From assembly GCA_029855935.1 (NCBI GenBank), contig JAGSHN010000025.1, positions 1 through 64,000 of the forward strand: a stretch of 64,000 nt of DNA, read 5' to 3'. The stretch is from Candidatus Thorarchaeota archaeon (lineage in GTDB: Archaea > Asgardarchaeota > Thorarchaeia > Thorarchaeales > Thorarchaeaceae). The translations under genes and the position numbers were made by a program. Below the pieces are notes generated by a model that saw only the letters and a program-made list of their open reading frames with translations, did no database searches and was not told the DNA's origin. Positions 29,522 through 37,838 of the stretch are shown here, piece after piece; within the stretch, counting starts at the first letter, position 1; every line of letters starts with the position of its first letter.

Positions 29522-29914
29522 CTATGTCAGCTCTTGCATCAGGCGGCTGGCCTCTCGTGCTGCGCGCTTTGCGTCATTGAATACAAGGCCCAGCTTGGCA
29601 TTCTCTGGGGCCGTAACAGTCAGCAGAAACGAGTCGAGAAGGGAGATGATCAGTGTTGTGCCCATCGTGCCCTGGATTATGACGGAGCTCAGCCTACCCT
29701 GACGCAGTTCCTTCACGGTCTGCTCCCCAGCCGAGTAGGCTCCAGCTGCCAGTGCTGCAACAGAGGCCTCTTCGACATTGGTGTGAAAGTGGCTCACAAG
29801 TGGAAGTCCCTCAACTGAGAATATGGCGGCACCCAATATGGGGGACGAGTTGGAGAGATTCTTGAGTAGCTCCTTGAGGAGCTGAATGACATCCACGGCA
29901 CTCTGACTATGCAT
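29522..29914 (-). CDS. Roadblock/LC7 (MglB/LAMTOR-like) protein
   Basis: GAAIFSVEGLPLVS...VAALAA...LSSVIIQGTMG...KLGLVF; likely start ATG 29914. Confidence 0.9.
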   Translation of the reverse strand: MHSQSAVDVIQLLKELLKNLSNSSPILGAAIFSVEGLPLVSHFHTNVEEASVAALAAGAYSAGEQTVKELRQGRLSSVIIQGTMGTTLIISLLDSFLLTVTAPENAKLGLVFNDAKRAAREASRLMQELT

Positions 29915-30022
29915 CGAGTATTCCTCCAGCGTGCCGGCGGGCACACCACGTGCTGTCTCGGGCTCTAGGTGAGGAGTTACGACATAAAACACTGATAAAG
30001 ATTGGGCTGACTGGTACAGAGG

Positions 30023-31027
30023 TCATTCTATCAGCCGAACTGAGGTCACGCTGTCAGAGTACAGCAGGTCAGGAGGGATCTTCATCACCCGTAGTGCATT
30101 GTCCGCCTCCTGGTTCAGTCCCTGTTCGCGGAGCAGCGCGATAAACTCGAATCCCGTAGTGATGGCCAGGCCCTTCAGCGGTCGCCCACTACGGCACGAC
30201 TCGATGAGGTCGTCGGGAGATATCATCCTACATCTCAAACGCTCATCACGGTGCTTTGTGAGATGAGTGATTCCCTTCCTGGCAATGCCCCGATTCTCCC
30301 TCTGCTCGGTTGTATAGGCCTTGCGTTTCGAGATTATGGTGAGGCGCTCGATGCCATTCTTCACAATCTCTTCGGAACGCAGTGTCTTGCCGTACAGCTC
30401 GTGGACACTCTTCACCGTCGTTGTGACAAGCCACGCGGTGCCAAACTCCGCCTGGTACCGCATACCCTTCAACAGCTCCGATTCGCTAAGTAGCGTCATC
30501 GACCTGTAGCCCTTGTACTCCACTGATATCAGCCAGTCAGGGTCTTTGTGGGTCACAATGAGGTCTGGTGTGAGGCCGCGCCCCGTCTTGGGAACACTCA
30601 TCTCTACGTCCGGGAAGAGTCGCAGGATGAGCGCTGTGAAGGCCTCGTGGAACATATTGTGCCGAAGATTCCTTGCCTCTTGCGGGTGCCTAAGACCAGC
30701 CTCGCGGTAGAGTACCGGCATCTCAATTCGCTGACCGGTCCTTCTTCTCACCTCATCCTTTGTGGTGATACGGCCACGCGCCTGATTCTGTTGAACCAGT
30801 CTTATTGCGGCCTCCTCACCCAGCAGGTCCAGAATGACGCGCCCCAAGGGGAGGGACTTGTCCACCTCTCCCTCTGCCCTTCTTCGGCGGGCCTCCTCTG
30901 TCGCCCATTCGATGACCGCCTGCGCGTCATCTCCCAAGAGTCCCACTATTGACCTGAGTCTGTCCTGCAGGTTGTGGCCGTCTACGTACTTTCTCAATGC
31001 CGAAGGGTACTTGATTCTCGGTGACAA
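30023..31027 (-). CDS. Restriction-endonuclease-fold (PD-(D/E)XK) hypothetical protein
   Basis: TPDLIV...SVEYKGY...KGMRY. Confidence 0.6.
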   Translation of the reverse strand: MSPRIKYPSALRKYVDGHNLQDRLRSIVGLLGDDAQAVIEWATEEARRRRAEGEVDKSLPLGRVILDLLGEEAAIRLVQQNQARGRITTKDEVRRRTGQRIEMPVLYREAGLRHPQEARNLRHNMFHEAFTALILRLFPDVEMSVPKTGRGLTPDLIVTHKDPDWLISVEYKGYRSMTLLSESELLKGMRYQAEFGTAWLVTTTVKSVHELYGKTLRSEEIVKNGIERLTIISKRKAYTTEQRENRGIARKGITHLTKHRDERLRCRMISPDDLIESCRSGRPLKGLAITTGFEFIALLREQGLNQEADNALRVMKIPPDLLYSDSVTSVRLIE

Positions 31028-31061
31028 CGACCATCATCCCAATTCTTCAGGGAATGAGGGT

Positions 31062-31733
31062 CTAGAAGATGTCCTTTATGAGTCTGACCTCTTGAGTTTC
31101 CTCGTCGTATGACACAAGCCCCGCGTTGCGCAGGTCGTGAATCGCCTTTATCACGGCAGTCGCCATTATGCCGGTGCTTGACTCAATGTTCTTTCTCGTG
31201 ATGGCAGTTCCCGTGTTGTGCAGCATGTACAGTACGCGAGCGTGGGGCTTTCCACCGAACACGGTCTCTATCAGCGTGATGTATATCGCAAGCAGATCAC
31301 TGACATCAACCTTCTCCTGAAGCTTCTCCTTCTCAGCTGCGGTCTCGCGATAGAGTTCCGACACGCGATTCAACTGTGCTGTGATCTCGTCCATCTCTTT
31401 CTTTAGTGCGTCTCGCTCCTCTGTGAGACGACGTATCACTTCCTGGCTGCCGCTCTCAGCATCAGCGAGCTTCTTCTTCAGCTCCTCGACCTCACCCTCG
31501 AGAGACTTGACCCGTTCATTGAGCTGCTCGGCCTCGGTCTCTCTATTCTGCAGGTCCTCCTGCAGCTTCTTCAACTTCTCCTCGGCCGCCCAAGCGCGCT
31601 CCTCCGCCTCCCGACGGGCGTTCCTGGCCTCCTCGGCCTCCTTCTCCACAGCATCAAGCTGCTCAAGCGTGTGCGTGATCTTCTCTCTTAGATCGTCAAG
31701 GGTACTCAGTATGGCCTCTCTCTCCGCAGACAT
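31062..31733 (-). CDS. Coiled-coil protein with C-terminal winged helix
   Basis: Heptad-rich N-terminus; ITRKNIESSTGI...IHDLRNAGLVSYD. Confidence 0.75.
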   Translation of the reverse strand: MSAEREAILSTLDDLREKITHTLEQLDAVEKEAEEARNARREAEERAWAAEEKLKKLQEDLQNRETEAEQLNERVKSLEGEVEELKKKLADAESGSQEVIRRLTEERDALKKEMDEITAQLNRVSELYRETAAEKEKLQEKVDVSDLLAIYITLIETVFGGKPHARVLYMLHNTGTAITRKNIESSTGIMATAVIKAIHDLRNAGLVSYDEETQEVRLIKDIF

Positions 31734-31773
31734 GAGGATGTACCTCCATTACTGATAGCCGATGTTGCCCATA

Positions 31774-32922
31774 CTATAAGAGTTTCACGTCGCACCGGCG
31801 TGCCTTCTCGCGGATGTACTCGACGTACTTGTCCCGGAGTTCACGGATGGGGAGGCCAAAGGCCTTGAACGCCTCAAGCTCTCCCTTGCGCCTCTTCTTC
31901 AACAGTCTGTCGTTCTCACAACGTAGCTGTGCGTTCTGCGCAATCGCCGGGATCCTGCGATTCTGTTCTGCACAGCGGATGTCAGACTTCGTCATCGGCT
32001 CAAGTGAGTGCTCAATCTCCACAAGCAGGCCATCGTCAGACCAGAAGTCGTCCGTGGTGAGACCAAGGAGATGAGCCTCGGGCGTCGCCAGCCCCTCGAT
32101 ATTGGCCAGCTCTATCGAGTTGGACTTTATCGTGGAGAAGATCCTCAGCGACCACGGCGACATGTCCACAAGGACGAGAATGGGAATCCCTTCATCAGCC
32201 AGCCGTCGCACCCACGCCCTCATGTTTCGACCGGGCTGCCCGAACAGAGCACCGATGCCAATCCTGAGCTGCTCGGCCACGCCCAGCTCGATGAGGTTTC
32301 TCGCCATCGCCTCCTTCTCCACAAGGACTGCAGCGTCTATGTTGGCCTCGTGAATCACCACATCGAAGGGACGTGACGATATGAACCAGCCGTACTCTCC
32401 AACCTCGGCACAGTTCAGCCGTTTTCCAGAGAGGTCTGTGAGAGTGACATCGCCGTAGAAGGTGCCCTTTGGGGAGCTCACGACGCCGAACTCCTCTCTC
32501 GGAACGGACTGGCCGCCGATGCGCAGTATACGTTCGCACAGGTTCACCAGCCGGTTAGTCTCGTTCTGATCGTGGATGCTCAAGACACGTTGCACACTGC
32601 GCACCTTGTGCATGTAGTAGAAGTCCCTCAGGCTCATCGAGAGGCCCTGTTCGAGATGCTCTCTGAACCGTGTGAGACCATAGACTAGAAGTGCAATGGT
32701 CCGCGCGCTGTCCACTCGGCAGCCGTCGATGAAGGAAGGCACCTCGTCCACAGGGCGATAGCCGTGCTCCTCGCTGTAGACGACGTTCTTCTTTGAAGAG
32801 CCGTAATAGCCAATCTCTGGAAAGGCCCCGTCACTGATTGTGTCAGCGAGTGTCACCAGCACACTGTCGATCAGGTCGACGACACGCTGGCGCATTGCTG
32901 TCGGTTCTGTCCTTGATGACAC
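31774..32922 (-). CDS. top6A: DNA topoisomerase VI subunit A (Spo11 family), divergent
   Basis: SLRDFYY (catalytic Tyr), LVEKEA, GQP, KGELEA; start likely GTG 32922 or ATG 32895. Confidence 0.85.
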   Translation of the reverse strand: MSSRTEPTAMRQRVVDLIDSVLVTLADTISDGAFPEIGYYGSSKKNVVYSEEHGYRPVDEVPSFIDGCRVDSARTIALLVYGLTRFREHLEQGLSMSLRDFYYMHKVRSVQRVLSIHDQNETNRLVNLCERILRIGGQSVPREEFGVVSSPKGTFYGDVTLTDLSGKRLNCAEVGEYGWFISSRPFDVVIHEANIDAAVLVEKEAMARNLIELGVAEQLRIGIGALFGQPGRNMRAWVRRLADEGIPILVLVDMSPWSLRIFSTIKSNSIELANIEGLATPEAHLLGLTTDDFWSDDGLLVEIEHSLEPMTKSDIRCAEQNRRIPAIAQNAQLRCENDRLLKKRRKGELEAFKAFGLPIRELRDKYVEYIREKARRCDVKLL

Positions 32923-32926
32923 GCCA

Positions 32927-34492
32927 TCAGCCTCCTTCCCCTCTTGAGGCAAAGAGCGAGTCCGCGTGTACTGGCCGGCCGAGCACATCCGAGAGAGTGC
33001 TAGCGATGAACTCGTAGTACTGACGCAGACGGTTCTGGCGCCTACGCCGTCTGTGCGCGCGATGGGCTCTGCGGACCGACTCGCCAATCCTCCGGAGACA
33101 CCACTTCAGACCGAGAGAGATCTCCCTCCGTACAGCGTCGACATCAGCAATATACTCCTTTCCAACGGTCTTGTAGGGCACACGAGTCGAGCAGATGTGG
33201 ACGACGAATGCCAGCGGGTCCTCTGGTCGGAGGCCGTAGTTGCGAAGGTTGAGTTGACGTATCACCCGCGTTGAGACATCAGACCCCTCATCATAGAGCA
33301 GAGGGATTCTGTTTGCGAATCTGTAGAGTCTGATGCCTGGCTGAAGTCCGCCTCCATACGCCACCGCGGTCTCGACTATGAAGGGGTGTCCCTCGTACAC
33401 GCTCGGCGCACGCTGGGTGACGGCACAGTGTTCAGGATTGAAACGTTGAAGGCCTGCTCTCAGGAACTCCACGCCGGCAGGCGACAGCGAGTCCGCAGTG
33501 GGTGCGGTGAACCCCCCGTAGGTGGCAAGAGCACGCATCAGGTTAACGAGCGCTTCATCGTCCAACGCCGCTGGAGAGAGGCTTGGGTCGAGACCAGCGT
33601 GACGCAGGAAGGCAAGGGCCGTCGTCTTTCCCACTCGCTGGAACGACCTTGTCATAAAGGAGAGCAGAGTCTTCGTGCGCGAGGTGGCTATCATCCTCTT
33701 CAGCGTCTCCACGTCAATCCCACGGGGATGAGGAAGGACCTCCCTCGGAGGACGTGGAAGGCCTCTGTAGACGCGGTCGAGGTCCAGCCGTGTTCCATCA
33801 GGACCGGTGAACCTCATCGATGCATATGGCACGATTATCGCCGTCTGGGTGAAGTACTCGAGAATCTTCGACTTGCTACGAAACCAGTCACCCTCGAGCT
33901 CGAAGGAGATCTCAGTCCCGTGCTCGCCCTCATCCTTCGGAAAGGCATCCTCAGCAAGGATGACAGGCTCGTTCCGCTCGATGTCAAGACGTATCACGAC
34001 ACGCACACCGGCGTCCTCTCCCGGCACAGAGCTCGTGACGACAATTGGGCTCTGGGTGGTGACCTGTCCGTACAACAATGCCAGGCTGCCGCCCAATCCG
34101 AACGTGCCACGGCTCTGACGGAGAGTGAACTTGGTCCCTGAGAGCATCTTTCCAATCAGCTGTGGGATAGCGCCTCGGGGAATGCCGGTACCATTGTCGC
34201 GCACAGTGAGCCGGAATACCTGAGGCGCAGACGTGATTGACAGCCTGCTATCGGAGGCGCCGTTCCGAGTCATCTCCAGTTGTACGGTGATGTCTGGCAG
34301 GACGTGGGCCTCATCACAGGCATCGAGGCTGTTCTCGACGAGCTCGCGGATGGAAACGTATAGCGACCTTGCGGGGTTATCAAAGCCTGCGATTGTCCTG
34401 TTTCTGTAGAACCAAGCAGATATCGACAGCTCGACGATCTCAGGTGCTGACCTCACGTACTGGTCTGTGCTGTGTTGTTGCAATGATTCCAT
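32927..34492 (-). CDS. top6B: DNA topoisomerase VI subunit B
   Basis: RELVENSLDA, DNGTGI, QSRGTFGLG, HGT, PHPRG, H2TH domain, RFANRIPLLY. Confidence 0.95.
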   Translation of the reverse strand: MESLQQHSTDQYVRSAPEIVELSISAWFYRNRTIAGFDNPARSLYVSIRELVENSLDACDEAHVLPDITVQLEMTRNGASDSRLSITSAPQVFRLTVRDNGTGIPRGAIPQLIGKMLSGTKFTLRQSRGTFGLGGSLALLYGQVTTQSPIVVTSSVPGEDAGVRVVIRLDIERNEPVILAEDAFPKDEGEHGTEISFELEGDWFRSKSKILEYFTQTAIIVPYASMRFTGPDGTRLDLDRVYRGLPRPPREVLPHPRGIDVETLKRMIATSRTKTLLSFMTRSFQRVGKTTALAFLRHAGLDPSLSPAALDDEALVNLMRALATYGGFTAPTADSLSPAGVEFLRAGLQRFNPEHCAVTQRAPSVYEGHPFIVETAVAYGGGLQPGIRLYRFANRIPLLYDEGSDVSTRVIRQLNLRNYGLRPEDPLAFVVHICSTRVPYKTVGKEYIADVDAVRREISLGLKWCLRRIGESVRRAHRAHRRRRRQNRLRQYYEFIASTLSDVLGRPVHADSLFASRGEGG

Positions 34493-34708
34493 CCGGTCTC
34501 ATCCCCAGCGGCGGATCACGTTGGACAGAGGCTGGCAGCGCTATGAAGGACAGTATTGCCCGGGTAGTACAGGACCTGCTCTTTGACCAAGCGCCTCGCC
34601 ACCCCGGATTAGTGGCGTCGTGCGGTCAAGGTCACGTTCAGGAAGGCAAACGCTTAAGTGAGGCATGCGCCGAGCGCGCAACGGTCAAGGGCCTGAGAGT
34701 GTTAGCAG

Positions 34709-36100
34709 TTGGAGTATGATGTCGCAATAGTTGGTAGCGGTCCGGCAGGTATCCACTGCGCTCTCGAGCTGATAGACAAGCGACCAGACCTCAGGATTGC
34801 GATCATAGAGCGCGGCAAGCCCATAGAATACCGTCACTGCCCCAACTCAACAATTGCGAGAGGATGCAGGAAGTGCAATCCTTGTCACATCCTGGCAGGC
34901 TGGGGTGGTGCCGGCGCCTTTTCTGATGGAAAGCTGACCATCTCTACTCACGTTGGTGGCTGGCTCGATGAGATAATAGGCGAGGAGAAGCTGGCCGAGC
35001 TCATCGACTATGTGGACAAGAGATACCTCGAACACGGCGCCCCGAAGAAGCTCTACGGAGCCAGCCCGGACAAGATAGAGAAGTGGACTCGTAGAGCAGC
35101 TCTAGTGGAACTTCAGCTCATCCCACAGCAGATCAGGCACATGGGCCGAGAGGGCTGCATATCTGTGATGAGCAGCATGTACCAACAGGTCGCCGAAAAC
35201 GCAGAGGTCCTCTTTGATACTGAGGCGAAGGACATCCGTGTCGATGACAATACTGCCATTGGCATTGAGACAGGCAACGGGAGATTCATCAGCGCCCGGT
35301 ACGTTGTTGCTGCGCCGGGCCGTGTGGGAAATGAGTGGCTGGCCCAACAGGCGCGCCGACTCAGTCTGAGCACTGAGAACAACTATGTGGACATCGGCGT
35401 GAGAGTCGAGATACCAGCGCCAGTGATGGAGGACATTGCCAACGATCTCTACGAGCCAAAGCTCGTCTACTACTCGAAACGCTTCGACGACAAGGTCAGG
35501 TTATTCTGCTTCAACCCAGGCGGCGTTGTGACAACGGAGTACTATGATGAGATTCTGACGGTCAACGGGCAGTCGTTCGCCAATATGAAGACGCCAAACA
35601 CAAACTTCGCGCTCCTTGTCTCGACACGCTTCACGGCACCGTTTAAGCACCCAATCGCGTACGGCCAGCACATCGCCCGACTCGCCAATATGCTCGGCGA
35701 CGGAGTACTCGTCCAGCGTCTTGCGGACCTGCGCCGAGGGAAGAGGAGCACAAAGGAGCGGATCAGCAGGTCTACTGTCAAGCCCACGCTGCCCAGTGCA
35801 GAGCCCGGCGACCTTAGCTTTGCCCTGCCATACAGGCATCTCAGCTCGATTCTTGAGATGATTGATGCGCTCGACAAGCTATGCCCAGGCGTTGCATCCG
35901 ACAACGCCCTGCTCTACGGTGTCGAGGTCAAGTTCTACTCGGCACGAGTCAGGGTGAATGAGAATCTCGAAACGGAGATTCACAACCTCTATGCGGCTGG
36001 CGACGGGGCGGGTATAACACGGGGGCTGATGCAGGCCTCCGTCTCAGGCGTTATTGCTGCACGGGATATCCTACGCAAGGAGGGCAGCACCGACCAGTAG
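34709..36100 (+). CDS. FAD/NAD(P)-dependent oxidoreductase (COG2509-type)
   Basis: IVGSGPAG, CxxCxPC-GWGGAGAFSDGKL, GDGAGITRGL. Confidence 0.88.
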   Translation: MEYDVAIVGSGPAGIHCALELIDKRPDLRIAIIERGKPIEYRHCPNSTIARGCRKCNPCHILAGWGGAGAFSDGKLTISTHVGGWLDEIIGEEKLAELIDYVDKRYLEHGAPKKLYGASPDKIEKWTRRAALVELQLIPQQIRHMGREGCISVMSSMYQQVAENAEVLFDTEAKDIRVDDNTAIGIETGNGRFISARYVVAAPGRVGNEWLAQQARRLSLSTENNYVDIGVRVEIPAPVMEDIANDLYEPKLVYYSKRFDDKVRLFCFNPGGVVTTEYYDEILTVNGQSFANMKTPNTNFALLVSTRFTAPFKHPIAYGQHIARLANMLGDGVLVQRLADLRRGKRSTKERISRSTVKPTLPSAEPGDLSFALPYRHLSSILEMIDALDKLCPGVASDNALLYGVEVKFYSARVRVNENLETEIHNLYAAGDGAGITRGLMQASVSGVIAARDILRKEGSTDQ

Positions 36101-36183
36101 ACCCCCTGAGAGGGGTGTAACGAATAGCGTTATATTCAATTGGCGCACCCTCTGTCCTCTGAGCCCGGCGACGGTGAGTAGAT

Positions 36184-37083
36184 ATGGCAAGATGTTCGCT
36201 CTGCGGTAAAGAGGACCTGTGTTTCACCTGCCCCTATTGCAATGGCGTGTTCTGCGCCGAACACAGGCTGCCGGAGAGTCACGGCTGCGCTGGGATTCAG
36301 ATGGTCCAAGCACAGGCGAGGAAGAAGGCAGCTCAGGCGGTCGCGCCTCCTCCATCACCTCCGCAGCAGAGGAGATTCTTTGTGGTCCGGCCCCAGGCTG
36401 TGCGACCCGTGGCCGTACGGAGAGGAACTGGTCGGTTCTCGCAGACAGAGTTGAAACATCTTCTGATCTCAAGCGTGCTCGTCGTCTTGGTGGCAATCTC
36501 AATGATTGGCGGCCCACCTATGGGAATCGTGCGTGGCGCACAGCTCATCATCCTGTACGCAGTGCAGGGCTATGGCTGGTACCCTGCCATACTGATACTC
36601 GGTTTTCTGATCTCATTTCTCATTCACGAGTTCGCTCACAAGTTCACGGCTCAGCACTACGGACTCTGGTCGGAGTTCAGGATGATGGCTCAGGGCTATT
36701 ACCTCTCGTTGATTGCCATTCTTTTCTCCGTTCCCATCTTTGGCACTGGTGCCGTCTTCTCGGCCGGGAGCCCTACTCCCGAACAGGACGGGAAGATCAA
36801 TCTGGCGGGACCTGCATCGAATGCAGCAATTGCCATCTTCTGTACCATAGGGGCGGTCGTCTCGGCTGCACTTGGTGGTGGACTCAGTCCCGTTGCCGAC
36901 TTCGCCTTCTCCTATCTGATCCAACTCAATGCATTCTTGGGTCTGTTCAACATGATACCGTTCCAACCCCTTGACGGGGCGACCGTGATCAACTGGGACA
37001 AGAGAATCTGGCTGGCAATGGTCATTGTGCTTCTCGCGCTGTTGATAGTTGGCTACGTGGGGATATCGCTACTTGCCGCCTGA
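36184..37083 (+). CDS. AN1-type zinc finger fused to an M50 site-2 membrane metalloprotease
   Basis: CSLC...FTCPYCNGVFCAEHRLPESHGC; HEFAH; LAGPASN; FNMIPFQPLDG. Confidence 0.88.
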   Translation: MARCSLCGKEDLCFTCPYCNGVFCAEHRLPESHGCAGIQMVQAQARKKAAQAVAPPPSPPQQRRFFVVRPQAVRPVAVRRGTGRFSQTELKHLLISSVLVVLVAISMIGGPPMGIVRGAQLIILYAVQGYGWYPAILILGFLISFLIHEFAHKFTAQHYGLWSEFRMMAQGYYLSLIAILFSVPIFGTGAVFSAGSPTPEQDGKINLAGPASNAAIAIFCTIGAVVSAALGGGLSPVADFAFSYLIQLNAFLGLFNMIPFQPLDGATVINWDKRIWLAMVIVLLALLIVGYVGISLLAA

Positions 37084-37243
37084 ACCCTCAGGAGTGCCAG
37101 CATAGCGGTAGACTGCCTGTGGCGCCGAGGGCCCGCTGATTCAGGGCCCAGCACCTGAGATGTACCACCTGCTCGACGGGGGGCGGCCGTATGGTATGTC
37201 AGTTCGCGGGATGCCCGAGTCGGCGTGCGCCGTTTCGCAATGC

Positions 37244-37295
37244 TTATATACCAAATGGTCCCTAGCACTAGTGAACATCTAGTCCCTAGTGCAGG
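37244..37295 (+). promoter_or_regulatory. hsp20-cdc48 promoter: TATA box plus inverted repeat over the predicted start site
   Basis: TTATATA at 37244-37250; GCACTAG-N14-CTAGTGC at 37265-37292. Confidence 0.5.
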
Positions 37296-37309
37296 ATTAG
37301 ACAAGCACA

Positions 37310-37355
37310 GAAGCCCCTCGGTGACTCAGGGCGGTGCCACACCGCCCGGGGCTTC
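37310..37355 (+). promoter_or_regulatory. GC-rich stem-loop in the hsp20 5' leader
   Basis: Outer stem GAAGCCCC/GGGGCTTC and inner stem GGGCGGTG-CCA-CACCGCCC; ends 5 nt before SD GGAGGT. Confidence 0.55.
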
Positions 37356-37375
37356 ACTATGGAGGTATGTTCTGA

Positions 37376-37816
37376 ATGATAGAAGATGAGTTTGACAAGA
37401 TAGTACGCCAGATGTTCGAACACTTCTTCGGCACCACGATGCCGAAAGGCACCGAGGGGAGAGCAGTGTTCGAGTATAGAGCAATGGCCGTGCCACAGCC
37501 GACACCAAGAATGGACGAGAGGGACTCTGCTCAGCCAGAGGCCGAGAGGATAGACCTCGACGACCGTGTCGTGATTGTGGTCGACGGCGTTGAGGATGCG
37601 CATAGACCGGAGATAAGGGTCAAAGGTGGCAAGGTGACGCTGGACTTTGGGGGACAGGATATGGTATTCGACATACCCTTCAGCGTCGATGTTGATCAGT
37701 CCTATGCCACAGTCAGGAATGGTGTCCTGGAGCTCAATGTCGTGAAGTCTGAGGAACGGGGACAGGACGATTCTCACTCAGACACGGAAGAGGAAGGAAC
37801 AATAGGATACAGGTGA
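37376..37816 (+). CDS. hsp20: Hsp20/alpha-crystallin small heat-shock protein
   Basis: DIPFSVDVDQSYATVRNGVLELNV; strong SD; directly upstream of cdc48. Confidence 0.8.
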   Translation: MIEDEFDKIVRQMFEHFFGTTMPKGTEGRAVFEYRAMAVPQPTPRMDERDSAQPEAERIDLDDRVVIVVDGVEDAHRPEIRVKGGKVTLDFGGQDMVFDIPFSVDVDQSYATVRNGVLELNVVKSEERGQDDSHSDTEEEGTIGYR

Positions 37817-37838
37817 GTAGTTGGAAGGTGGTGAGAGA

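Noticed and set aside
37262-37295. CIRCE element (TAGCACT...AGTGC resemblance)
   Set aside because: The spacer is much longer than the 9 bp of CIRCE and the arms mismatch; kept only as a generic inverted repeat.
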